Position numbers and translations under genes: made by a program
Source: a virus
Lineage: Duplodnaviria > Caudoviricetes
Length of the DNA stretch: 36,383 bases
Reading direction: 5' to 3' (one strand)
Virus record (IMG/VR): IMGVR_UViG_3300026302_000081
Location: 1 to 36,383 of that record
In this document: positions 26,649-34,692 of the stretch, piece by piece
How positions within the stretch are numbered: position 1 is the stretch's first letter
Layout of the letters: the number at the start of each line of letters is the position of its first letter
The notes under the pieces: model-generated
Database searches by the model: none
Told to the model about the DNA's origin: nothing
Seen by the model: only the letters and a program-made list of their open reading frames with translations

Positions 26649-27332
26649 ATGGGTAAGATTATCGTCACGCCCGGCTTCAATGGCCTTGTCTCGAATGCCG
26701 GCCAGATCGTCGGCCAGCCGCTGCCGGACGGCGCGGTTCTCGTTGATCTGCCGGAAAGCGGGACCGAACTCCCGCCAATGTCGGCCGCGCTGTTGCGAGA
26801 CGGCGCGATTGTGATCGTCGCAAACTGGCTCGGCTCGGGGCCGTGGTTCGACCAATCCGCCCCGCCCCCGATCGATGGCCGGCAGACCGTGCGGATGGTC
26901 AAGCTCTCGGACATCATCGACAAGACGGCTGCGGAGGCAGCCGTCGATCGTCTGACCGCGATCAAGATCGACATGCTGGACTTCGACCCAGAAGCGGCAG
27001 GCTGGGCGATGGAACCGCGCGCCGAGACGGCGGCCGAGAAGAAGGCACGCGAGAAGACCGAAGCCGATGTGGCGGCGGCTCGGGAGGCCGAGCGGCGGGC
27101 CAATCGCAAGGTCTCGGCCGTGCAGATCCGCCTCGCGGCGAACGAGCTCGGCATCCGGCCGGCGATCGAGGCCCTCGTCGCCCATCCGGACACGCCGCAG
27201 GAGGTCAAGGACTACTGGGAGTATGCAACCGAATACCTCCGCGCGAGCCCGGTCTGGGCGATTGCAGCGGCGCTGCTCCCGGCCACCGAGGCGGATATCG
27301 ACCGGCTCTACGACGTCGCCGAGACGAAATAG
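26649..27332 (+). CDS. Tail fibre assembly-associated protein (putative)
   Basis: Follows the fibre; C-terminal VSAVQIRLA...WEYATE...IDRLY. Confidence 0.6.
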   Translation: MGKIIVTPGFNGLVSNAGQIVGQPLPDGAVLVDLPESGTELPPMSAALLRDGAIVIVANWLGSGPWFDQSAPPPIDGRQTVRMVKLSDIIDKTAAEAAVDRLTAIKIDMLDFDPEAAGWAMEPRAETAAEKKAREKTEADVAAAREAERRANRKVSAVQIRLAANELGIRPAIEALVAHPDTPQEVKDYWEYATEYLRASPVWAIAAALLPATEADIDRLYDVAETK

Positions 27333-27361
27333 CGGCTTTCAACCGCCATTGAACGACAAAG

Positions 27362-27410
27362 GGCTGCGACGCGCGTCGCAGCCCTTTTTGTTTCGTCACC
27401 CTCGTAGCCT
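27362..27410 (+). promoter_or_regulatory. Late promoter 3 (sheath/tube): activator palindrome plus -10; may also act as a terminator
   Basis: GGCTGCGACGCGCGTCGCAGCC 27362-27383 followed by a T-tract; TAGCCT 27405-27410. Confidence 0.7.
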
Positions 27411-27464
27411 CCTCCCGTCAAACCGCTTTCGTCAAGAGCGAACCCGAACCGGAAGAGGCACACA

Positions 27465-28718
27465 ATGCCGGCAGTCGATTTCAACCACGGTGCCCGCGTC
27501 ATCCAGGCCGGCACGACGCCTCGCCCGATCGCGCTGGCCAACATGCGGCCGATCGGCGCGATCATGGTCGCACCGAACGCCGATGCTGACGTGTTCCCGC
27601 TCAACGAGCCGGTCTCGTTCTTCAGCGACGATACCGCGAAGAAAACCGCCGCCGGCGTTGGCGGCAACGTCGCCGATATCTTCGATGCGATCGAGGATCA
27701 GGGCATCGTCTCCGAGGTCGTAATCGTGCGCGTGGCCGAGGGCGCCGGCGCGAACGCGCAGGCCATTCTGGAAAGCACGCTCACCAACATCGTCGGCTCG
27801 GGCGCGAACCTCACGGGCGTCCATGCCTTCAAGGGTGCGGAGAGTCACACCGGCACCAAGCCGCGCCTGCTGATCGCGCCGGGCTACACCGACATGCGGA
27901 TCGCCGACGGGGCGAACCCCGCCGTCAACGAACTGATCGGTATCGCAACCCGCCTCAAGGGCATGATCGTCGCGGACGCCGACGCATCGAGCCGCGACGC
28001 CGCCTACACGTGGCGGCAGGACTTCAGCGCCCAGAAGCGCATCTATGCCGTGACGCCGATGGGCAAGGTCTTCGAGAACGGTGTCTATGTGAACCGGCCG
28101 CTCGCCGGCCGTGCCGCCGCGCTCTTCAACAAGAAGTGGAAGGAGAAGGGCGGGCCGTATTTCTCGCCCTCGAACCAGACGATCGGCGGCATCGCCGGGA
28201 TCTCGCGTCCGGTCTCGTTCTACGACGGCGAGCTCGATCACGAAGCCAACTGGCTCAACGAGCGCGGCCTCGCGACGGTGATCGAGCGCACGTTGCTCTG
28301 GGGCAACCGCACCCTCGGCTACAACCCGGTCGCCGGCACCGGGGACGCGAACGACATGTTCGTCAATGTCGTCATCACCATGGACGCGATCCACGAAAGC
28401 ATCGTCAAGGCGTTCCGCTGGGCGATGGATCAGAACATGAGCGCGCACCTCGGCGTCGCGATCATCGAGAGCGTCGACACCTTCCTCGCCTCGCTCCGGG
28501 CCGTCGGGGCGATCATCGGCGGGCGGGCCTGGTTCGACAAGGCGGTCAACTCCTACGCCGATCTTCAGTCCGGCATCCTGCGCGTCGAGTTCGACGCCGA
28601 GCCGGCCTCGCCGCTCGAAAACCTGATCTTCGGCTCGCACCGCAACCCGTTCTACTACGAGGTTCTGGCGCAGGACATCCTCAAGCTCCTCGAACGCAAC
28701 ACCGCCTCGGCGGCCTGA
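27465..28718 (+). CDS. Tail sheath protein (P2 FI-like)
   Basis: FNHGARV, PRLLIAPG, SPSNQ, LWGNRT. Confidence 0.93.
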   Translation: MPAVDFNHGARVIQAGTTPRPIALANMRPIGAIMVAPNADADVFPLNEPVSFFSDDTAKKTAAGVGGNVADIFDAIEDQGIVSEVVIVRVAEGAGANAQAILESTLTNIVGSGANLTGVHAFKGAESHTGTKPRLLIAPGYTDMRIADGANPAVNELIGIATRLKGMIVADADASSRDAAYTWRQDFSAQKRIYAVTPMGKVFENGVYVNRPLAGRAAALFNKKWKEKGGPYFSPSNQTIGGIAGISRPVSFYDGELDHEANWLNERGLATVIERTLLWGNRTLGYNPVAGTGDANDMFVNVVITMDAIHESIVKAFRWAMDQNMSAHLGVAIIESVDTFLASLRAVGAIIGGRAWFDKAVNSYADLQSGILRVEFDAEPASPLENLIFGSHRNPFYYEVLAQDILKLLERNTASAA

Positions 28719-28744
28719 TCTTTCGCAACTGACGAGACAACGCC

Positions 28745-29251
28745 ATGGCCAATGATCTCTACACCTACGAGGGGTTCAACCTCTTCGCCCAGAACGTCAA
28801 CAAGAGCCTCCAGCTCAAGCATCTGACCACGGGCAAGCTCACCGAGAAGACCGAGAAATTCCACCCCGGCTTCTCGAACATGGAGATCGAGCTCGGCATG
28901 GGGCTCGAAGCCCTGATGTTCGAGTTCGAGACCGTGGGCGACGATATCGAGACGCTGAAGCTCTTTGGGTTCGGCGCCGGCACCGTCCAGAACTTCTCGG
29001 CCTACAAGGCGTCGAAGGGGCGGTTCGAGGAAGGCCCGGTCAATCAAACGATCATCAACGTGCGCGGTCGCCTGATCTCGGCCGAGGAAGACCAGATGGA
29101 GGGCGGCAAGCTGATCGGCTCCAAATACAAGGTCTCCGAGATCCAGATGTATCGCCATATCCGCAACGGTCAGATCATCCACGAATTCGATTTCCGGCGC
29201 GGCGGCAACGTGCTGACGCGCGGGGACGTCAACGCCGCCCTCGGCCTCTGA
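28745..29251 (+). CDS. Tail tube protein (P2 FII-like)
   Basis: 168 aa after the sheath; FNLF...KL..KTE...G.EA; ends ALGL. Confidence 0.85.
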   Translation: MANDLYTYEGFNLFAQNVNKSLQLKHLTTGKLTEKTEKFHPGFSNMEIELGMGLEALMFEFETVGDDIETLKLFGFGAGTVQNFSAYKASKGRFEEGPVNQTIINVRGRLISAEEDQMEGGKLIGSKYKVSEIQMYRHIRNGQIIHEFDFRRGGNVLTRGDVNAALGL

Positions 29252-29259
29252 GGTGAGCC

Positions 29260-29661
29260 GTGGGCACTTGGGACAAGGAATTCCCGTCGCCGGCGCCTGA
29301 AACCACACCGGCCGGTGAGCGGCCGAGGATCGGTTTCGCCGACCCCGACCGGCACCGCGTGACGGTGCCGCTCCTTCACCCGCTGGAGGTCGAGGGCGAG
29401 TGGCTCGGTACGCTGGTGATCCGGCGTCTCACTGCCGGCGAGATGGTGCGGATTGTCGACGCGATCGGCGCCGACGTTTCGGACGAGACCCTGACGCGCC
29501 ATGTCGTCGCGATCATGGCCGGAACGACGATCGAGGTGCTCGACGCGCTCTCCTCCGACGATGCCGGGAGGGTGGCCTCGGCCGCGCTCCCTTTCATGCC
29601 GGCCGGCCTCGTCGCCGCGCTCGAAAGAGCGCTGAACGCGGCGGCGGACGCCGGGGGCTGA
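29260..29661 (+). CDS. Tail assembly chaperone (gpE / gp41-like)
   Basis: VPLLHPLEVEG...LVIRRLTAGE...LDALSSDD. Confidence 0.85.
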   Translation: MGTWDKEFPSPAPETTPAGERPRIGFADPDRHRVTVPLLHPLEVEGEWLGTLVIRRLTAGEMVRIVDAIGADVSDETLTRHVVAIMAGTTIEVLDALSSDDAGRVASAALPFMPAGLVAALERALNAAADAGG

Positions 29662-29774
29662 GGAACGCCCGCGCCTATATCGCCGCCGTTGCCTCGAACT
29701 TCGCAACGCCGCTGCCGGCCGTTCTGGCGATGTGGTGGGACGAGGTGCTCGCCTGGAATGAGGAAGCCGGCTGA
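29652..29774 (+). CDS. GpE'-like extension reached by -1 frameshift
   Basis: IAAVASNF..P...LAMWWDEVLAW in the -1 frame with no own ATG/RBS; GGGGGC-TGA at the junction. Confidence 0.65.
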   Translation, partial: RGLRNARAYIAAVASNFATPLPAVLAMWWDEVLAWNEEAG

Positions 29775-32026
29775 TGTCCGATCTCAAGGTCTCTCTCGTC
29801 CTTCAGCTCAAGAACCTGCTCGGTCGGGGCATCGGGCAGATCCGGGGCGACCTGCGCGGCCTCAAGGGCGAGATGCAGGGCCTCTCCTCGACGCGCGGCC
29901 CGAATGCGGCCGGGCTCGATCGCTACGGCCGCTCCGCCCGCGAGGCGACGGGCGCGCTCCGTCAGCTCAAGCGCGAACAGGCGATCCTCGGCGCGGGCAA
30001 GGTCGCCGGCGGCGCGGCAGGGAATACCGTCCTCGCCGGGGCGGGACGCGCCGCAGTCGCGCTTGGTGGCTATTACGGCGTGCGGGGCGCGGTGCGCGCG
30101 ACGGTCGGGCAGTCGATCTCATTCGAGAAGGCGATGGCGGCCGTCCGCAAGAAGGTCGACGCCCCGGATGAGGCCGGCTTCCAGCGCCTTGAAGAAACAA
30201 TCAATCGCATCGCGACCGATTACGGTCTTGCCCGCGCGCAGGTCGCGGAACTGACGGCCGAGGCTGGCGCCTCCGGCATCGCGTTTCAGGATCTGGAGCG
30301 CTTCATGCGCATGACGGCAAAAGCGGCCGTCGCATGGGACATGAGCCCGCAGGAAGCCTCGCAGAAGCTCGCCGAAATCAAGACCGGTACCCAGCTCACG
30401 ATCGCGGAAATCGAGAAGCTCGCCGAAAAGATCAACGGCCTTGGCGACAACTCGGCCGCGAAGGAGCGCGACATTGTCGAGATGTTCGGCCGCGCCGGCG
30501 CGGCGGCGAAGGCGGCGGGCGTGAGCTTCGACGTCAGCCTCGCCGCACTCACGGCCGTGCGTTCAACCGGCCTTCAACCCGAAATCGCGGCGCGCTGGTT
30601 CGCGGCCTTCACCGGCGGACTGCGCACGATCGAGGATGGTTCGAAGAAGGCGAAGGAAGGGCTGAAGCTGATAGGCCTCGACGCCGAGAAAGTCGCGAAG
30701 GGCATGAAGACGGATGCCCTCGCCACGATGATGGATATCTTCGATCGCCTGCAGAAGGCCCCGGAGGGCGCGACGGCCGCGATCAAGATTTTCGGCAAGG
30801 AATGGTGGGACGAGACCAGCCGAGCCGCGCAGGCGCTGCCCGAACTCAGGAAGCAGCTCGAATATCTCAAGAGCGGGAAGTGGCAGGGCTCGCTCGACAA
30901 GACCTTGGGCATCGAGCTCCAGACGACGGCGAACCATCTGGAGCGGCTCAAATCGCTGACCGGCGAGATTGGCGACCGGATGGGGCGCTGGGCGCTGCCG
31001 CCGATCAACAACGCGATCGAGAGCCTGATCCAGAAGTATGATGAGTTGAAGGAACGCATCGATCAGCGCCAGAAGCCGAGCGACCCGAACGCGCCGACGG
31101 CCGAAAAATATATGAAGAAGCACGCGGCGGAACGCGAAGCGCGCGGCCCCGGCTGGGACGACTGGCTCGGCGCATTCCTTTTCGGCAAAAAGCTGACAAA
31201 GGACGGTGCCCGAAAGCAACTGGAGACCTCTGCAGGAACCGCCGCTGATGCCGAAGCACTCGCCAAAAAGCAGGGCGACGAAGCCGCGTTGCTGCGCATT
31301 CAGGCCCAGAATGCCAAGAAGAAAGAAGACCGCGCCCGCCTCTCGATCGAGGCTGGGAAAAAGGAAGAGGAAGCGCGTTCGAACGCGGAGCTTGCCGCCC
31401 GTTCGCGCCGCGCAGCCGGGCAAGCCGCCGGCCGGGACATGACCAACATCGAGGGCGGGCTTCAGCAGATCGACAAGCCGTTCTCCGGACAAATCGAGAA
31501 GCGGCGGGCGGAACTCGCCCGATTGGAGGCTCTCCTCGCAGGCGCGGGGAACCGGCAAGTCGTTCGTGACGATGCCTCCGGCAAGTTCTGGAATGTCGAC
31601 GTGTTGCGGGGGCAAATCGACGCCCTGAAATCCAAGCTCGGCGAGGTGAGCGACGAAGCCGCAAAAACCGGCGCGGCGATCAAGGACAAGCTCTCGATGG
31701 ACCTTTCGGCCGAGGGCAACCGCGCGGCGGCGAGCTTCGCGCAAGGGTTCTCGGCCGGCACCGGGCCGGCGCTCGCCGCAGCACAAGCCTTTGCGGCGAG
31801 CCTGCGCGCAACGGTTTCGACGCCGGCGGCGCCTGCGGGCGGCGGCGGCCGGCCGGCGACCGGTGGCGGCGCTTCAGCCCCGGCCAAAGCCCCGATCGTG
31901 CAGGTCGGCGGGATCAGCATCCAAGGCGCGCCCGACCCGGAAGCGACCGCGCGGGCGGTGGAGCGCCGGATCGCATCGGCCGTGCGCTCCGGCCTGTCCG
32001 GCGCCCATCATGATGGGGTGGCGTGA
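29774..32026 (+). CDS. Tail tape measure protein
   Basis: 750 aa, Ala-rich; FEKAMAAVRK, INGLGDNSAAKERDI core. Confidence 0.92.
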   Translation: MSDLKVSLVLQLKNLLGRGIGQIRGDLRGLKGEMQGLSSTRGPNAAGLDRYGRSAREATGALRQLKREQAILGAGKVAGGAAGNTVLAGAGRAAVALGGYYGVRGAVRATVGQSISFEKAMAAVRKKVDAPDEAGFQRLEETINRIATDYGLARAQVAELTAEAGASGIAFQDLERFMRMTAKAAVAWDMSPQEASQKLAEIKTGTQLTIAEIEKLAEKINGLGDNSAAKERDIVEMFGRAGAAAKAAGVSFDVSLAALTAVRSTGLQPEIAARWFAAFTGGLRTIEDGSKKAKEGLKLIGLDAEKVAKGMKTDALATMMDIFDRLQKAPEGATAAIKIFGKEWWDETSRAAQALPELRKQLEYLKSGKWQGSLDKTLGIELQTTANHLERLKSLTGEIGDRMGRWALPPINNAIESLIQKYDELKERIDQRQKPSDPNAPTAEKYMKKHAAEREARGPGWDDWLGAFLFGKKLTKDGARKQLETSAGTAADAEALAKKQGDEAALLRIQAQNAKKKEDRARLSIEAGKKEEEARSNAELAARSRRAAGQAAGRDMTNIEGGLQQIDKPFSGQIEKRRAELARLEALLAGAGNRQVVRDDASGKFWNVDVLRGQIDALKSKLGEVSDEAAKTGAAIKDKLSMDLSAEGNRAAASFAQGFSAGTGPALAAAQAFAASLRATVSTPAAPAGGGGRPATGGGASAPAKAPIVQVGGISIQGAPDPEATARAVERRIASAVRSGLSGAHHDGVA

Positions 32027-32448
32027 TGGCTTTCCTTGCCCTCGGCCCGAACGTGTTCTCGATCCTGCCGGTGACGCTGCAGAAGATCACGCGCGAGACC
32101 AAATCCAATTGGGCGGCGGTGCCCCGGTTCGGCGGCGATGTCGCGCGGCAGTTCACCGGCCACGGCGAGCACACGATCAAGCTCGAAGGGCTGGTGTTCA
32201 ACTCCCATTTCGGGGGCTTCGGCCAATACGAGGCCCTGCGCGCAACCCAGCTTGCCGCGACGCCGGTGCCGCTGATCGGCATGAGCGCCGGCCTTGTCGG
32301 TCTCGTCTATGGCCTTGTCGTCATCCTCTCGGTTTCGGACACGCAGGAATACCTCGATCCCGAAACCGGCGTCGGCAAGAAGCTCGGCTTCGATTGCGAG
32401 GTGGCACCGTTCGGCGGCGACGGCCCGCTCGGAGGATTGTTCGGATGA
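32026..32448 (+). CDS. P2 gpU-like tail protein
   Basis: FLALGPNVF...W....R.....QFTG.G...I.L.G. Confidence 0.85.
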   Translation: MAFLALGPNVFSILPVTLQKITRETKSNWAAVPRFGGDVARQFTGHGEHTIKLEGLVFNSHFGGFGQYEALRATQLAATPVPLIGMSAGLVGLVYGLVVILSVSDTQEYLDPETGVGKKLGFDCEVAPFGGDGPLGGLFG

Positions 32449-32672
32449 AGATCGCGAAGATCGTCATGGTCGAGGGAGACCGGATCGCGCTCGATGCGCT
32501 CGTGTTCGACATCACCGGCCGCGAAGACATGGTCGCGGCCGTGCTCGACGCCAATCCCGGTCTCGCCGCGAAAGGCCCCATCCTGCCCGTCGGCACGCTC
32601 GTGAAAATCCCCGAGGCGACGTCGGCCGAGGAGATTGAACCGGCGCAAGACGTCACGCTCTGGAGCGAATGA
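32445..32672 (+). CDS. P2 tail protein X-like
   Basis: VLDANPGLAAKGPILPVG...LW. Confidence 0.88.
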   Translation: MKIAKIVMVEGDRIALDALVFDITGREDMVAAVLDANPGLAAKGPILPVGTLVKIPEATSAEEIEPAQDVTLWSE

Positions 32673-33700
32673 CGATGCGCGGCTACACCCCGAGACTGCT
32701 GATCTCCGGCGCCTCGCCACTGTTCTATTCGCGGCTGATCAAGGCAACGATCAAGGACGAGGAAGGCCAGAAATCCGACACGCTGACGATCGAGCTCGAC
32801 GATCGCGGCAACGTCATTCCGGTCCCGAAGAAGGGGACCAAGCTCAAAGTGCGGCTTGGCTATGCCGAAACGGGGCTGAAGGACATGGGCACTTTCGAGG
32901 TGCACGGCTCCGAACTCAAGGGCGAACCCGGCGAGGGCGAGTTCGTCGTCATCCAGGCGAAAGGGACGAGCCTTGCGGCGAACCGCAAGCTGAAGGAGAC
33001 CGGCTCCGAGACCTTCAAGGAAGGGTCAACGCTCAAGGACATCGCCGGCAAGATCGCCGGCCGCAACGGTCTGACATTGCGCATTGACGGCGCGCTGGGT
33101 GGCACCGCTTACGCCGATGGCGAATATCGTCACCAGCAAAGTGATCTCGACTTTCTCTCGCGCCTGGTCGACCGCGCAAACGGCATCCTCAAGATCTCCG
33201 GCGATGTGCTGGCGATCGCCGAGCGCGGCTCCGGCAAGAATGCTGCCGGCAAGACGCTGCCCGTCGTCACGGTGACGAAGGCCGACGCGACGAAGGGTGG
33301 CTGGAGCTACACGCCCGGCGATCGCCCGACCTATGGCAAGGTCTCGGGCTCTTGGCTCGACCAGAAGACCGGCAAGAAGAAGCTGGAGACCAAGGAAACC
33401 GGGCTCGAAGGCCCGCTCTTCGGCCTGCGCGAACCGTTCAAGACCGAAGCCGAAGCCAAGAAGGCCGTCGAAGCGAAGGCAAAGGACCTTTCGCGAAAGA
33501 GTGGAACCGTGAGCTTCACGGTGCCGGGAACCGCGATCGGCGGCGCCGGTTCGAACCTGATCGCTTCCGGCTTCCGTGCCGAGATCAGCGGCGAATGGCG
33601 GGTTAAATCCGTCGAACACACGTTCACCAGCGGCGCCTCGGGCGGCTGGATCACGAAATTTGAATGCACAGCGCCCGAGGGCGGCAAGAAAGGGAAGTGA
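32669..33700 (+). CDS. Late control D / baseplate hub protein
   Basis: DEEGQKSDTLTIELDDR, LGY, QSDLDFLSRL, W.V.SV.H. Confidence 0.9.
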   Translation: MTMRGYTPRLLISGASPLFYSRLIKATIKDEEGQKSDTLTIELDDRGNVIPVPKKGTKLKVRLGYAETGLKDMGTFEVHGSELKGEPGEGEFVVIQAKGTSLAANRKLKETGSETFKEGSTLKDIAGKIAGRNGLTLRIDGALGGTAYADGEYRHQQSDLDFLSRLVDRANGILKISGDVLAIAERGSGKNAAGKTLPVVTVTKADATKGGWSYTPGDRPTYGKVSGSWLDQKTGKKKLETKETGLEGPLFGLREPFKTEAEAKKAVEAKAKDLSRKSGTVSFTVPGTAIGGAGSNLIASGFRAEISGEWRVKSVEHTFTSGASGGWITKFECTAPEGGKKGK

Positions 33701-33822
33701 CGGGGCGGCCCTCGCGGGCACGCCATCGGGGGCTTGATTGGCGTCCAGACCCCGACCGACGAAAGCGAACTCAACGTCGCCGCCAACATGGACAAGGCGG
33801 TGATTCTTTGAGGCTGCACAAG

Positions 33823-34692
33823 ATGACTTCTTTGAACCCCGAAACGGGCATGATGCCCATTCGCCCGATCTCGCCGGTGGCCGGTTATATCGGCGGCAAG
33901 CGCGTGCTCGCGAAGACCCTCGTGCCGATGATCAACGCTATCCCGCACGAGCTCTACTGCGAGCCGTTTCTCGGCATGGGCGGCGTGTTCTTCCGCCGCG
34001 ATCGCCGGCCGAAAACCGAGGCGATCAACGATTATTCGCGCGATGTCGCGACGTTCTTCCGCATCCTCCAGAACCACTACCAGGCATTCCTCGACATGCT
34101 GAAGTGGCAGGTCGCGAGCCGCGCCGAGTTCGAACGCCTCGTCGGCATGGACCCGGAGCGCCTGACGGATCTCCAGCGCGCCGCGCGGTTCCTTTACCTC
34201 CAGCGCATGAGCTTCGGCGGCAAGGTCGCCGGCCGGACCTTCGGCATCTCGACAACGGACCCGGCGAAGTTCGATCTGACGCGCCTTGTGCCGTTGCTCG
34301 AAGCCGCCCATGCGCGCCTCGCCGGCGTTTATATCGAGTGCCTGCCGTGGCGGGCCTTCATCGACCGCTGGGACCGGCCTTACGCGCTGTTCTTCCTCGA
34401 TCCGCCATACTATGGCGTCGAGGATTATTACGGCCCGCTCTTCGGCCGTGAGGAGTTCGAGGCGCTCTCGGAGCGGCTCCGGACGCTGCAGGGCCGTTTC
34501 ATCCTCACGCTCAACGATCATGCCGAGGTGCGGCGCATCTTCGGCTGGGCCGAGATCGAGGCCGTGAGCTTCAACTACACCTGCTCCGGCAAGCCGACGA
34601 CAGGCCGCGAGGTGATCATCACGGGAGGGGTAAAATTAAGAAAAATTGAGGAAAATGCGAGCATTCTGACGACCCGGGAGGGCCCAGAATGA
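33823..34692 (+). CDS. Dam-like (D12 class) N6-adenine DNA methyltransferase
   Basis: YIGGKR, YCEPFLGMGGV, IND, FLDPPYY; at the Mu mom position. Confidence 0.92.
   Translation: MTSLNPETGMMPIRPISPVAGYIGGKRVLAKTLVPMINAIPHELYCEPFLGMGGVFFRRDRRPKTEAINDYSRDVATFFRILQNHYQAFLDMLKWQVASRAEFERLVGMDPERLTDLQRAARFLYLQRMSFGGKVAGRTFGISTTDPAKFDLTRLVPLLEAAHARLAGVYIECLPWRAFIDRWDRPYALFFLDPPYYGVEDYYGPLFGREEFEALSERLRTLQGRFILTLNDHAEVRRIFGWAEIEAVSFNYTCSGKPTTGREVIITGGVKLRKIEENASILTTREGPE

Noticed and set aside
24953..27332. Gin-type invertible segment or diversity-generating retroelement
   Set aside because: No invertase, reverse transcriptase, duplicated fibre end or TR/VR pair seen.
10046..27387. CRISPR array or REP-type interpretation of the repeated palindrome
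   Set aside because: Only three dispersed copies, each at an operon start; no spacers or cas genes.
24764..31786. Long minus-strand ORFs (e.g. 24764-26206, 27432-28640, 30563-31786)
   Set aside because: Shadow ORFs opposite well-supported genes in high-GC DNA; no recognisable motifs.
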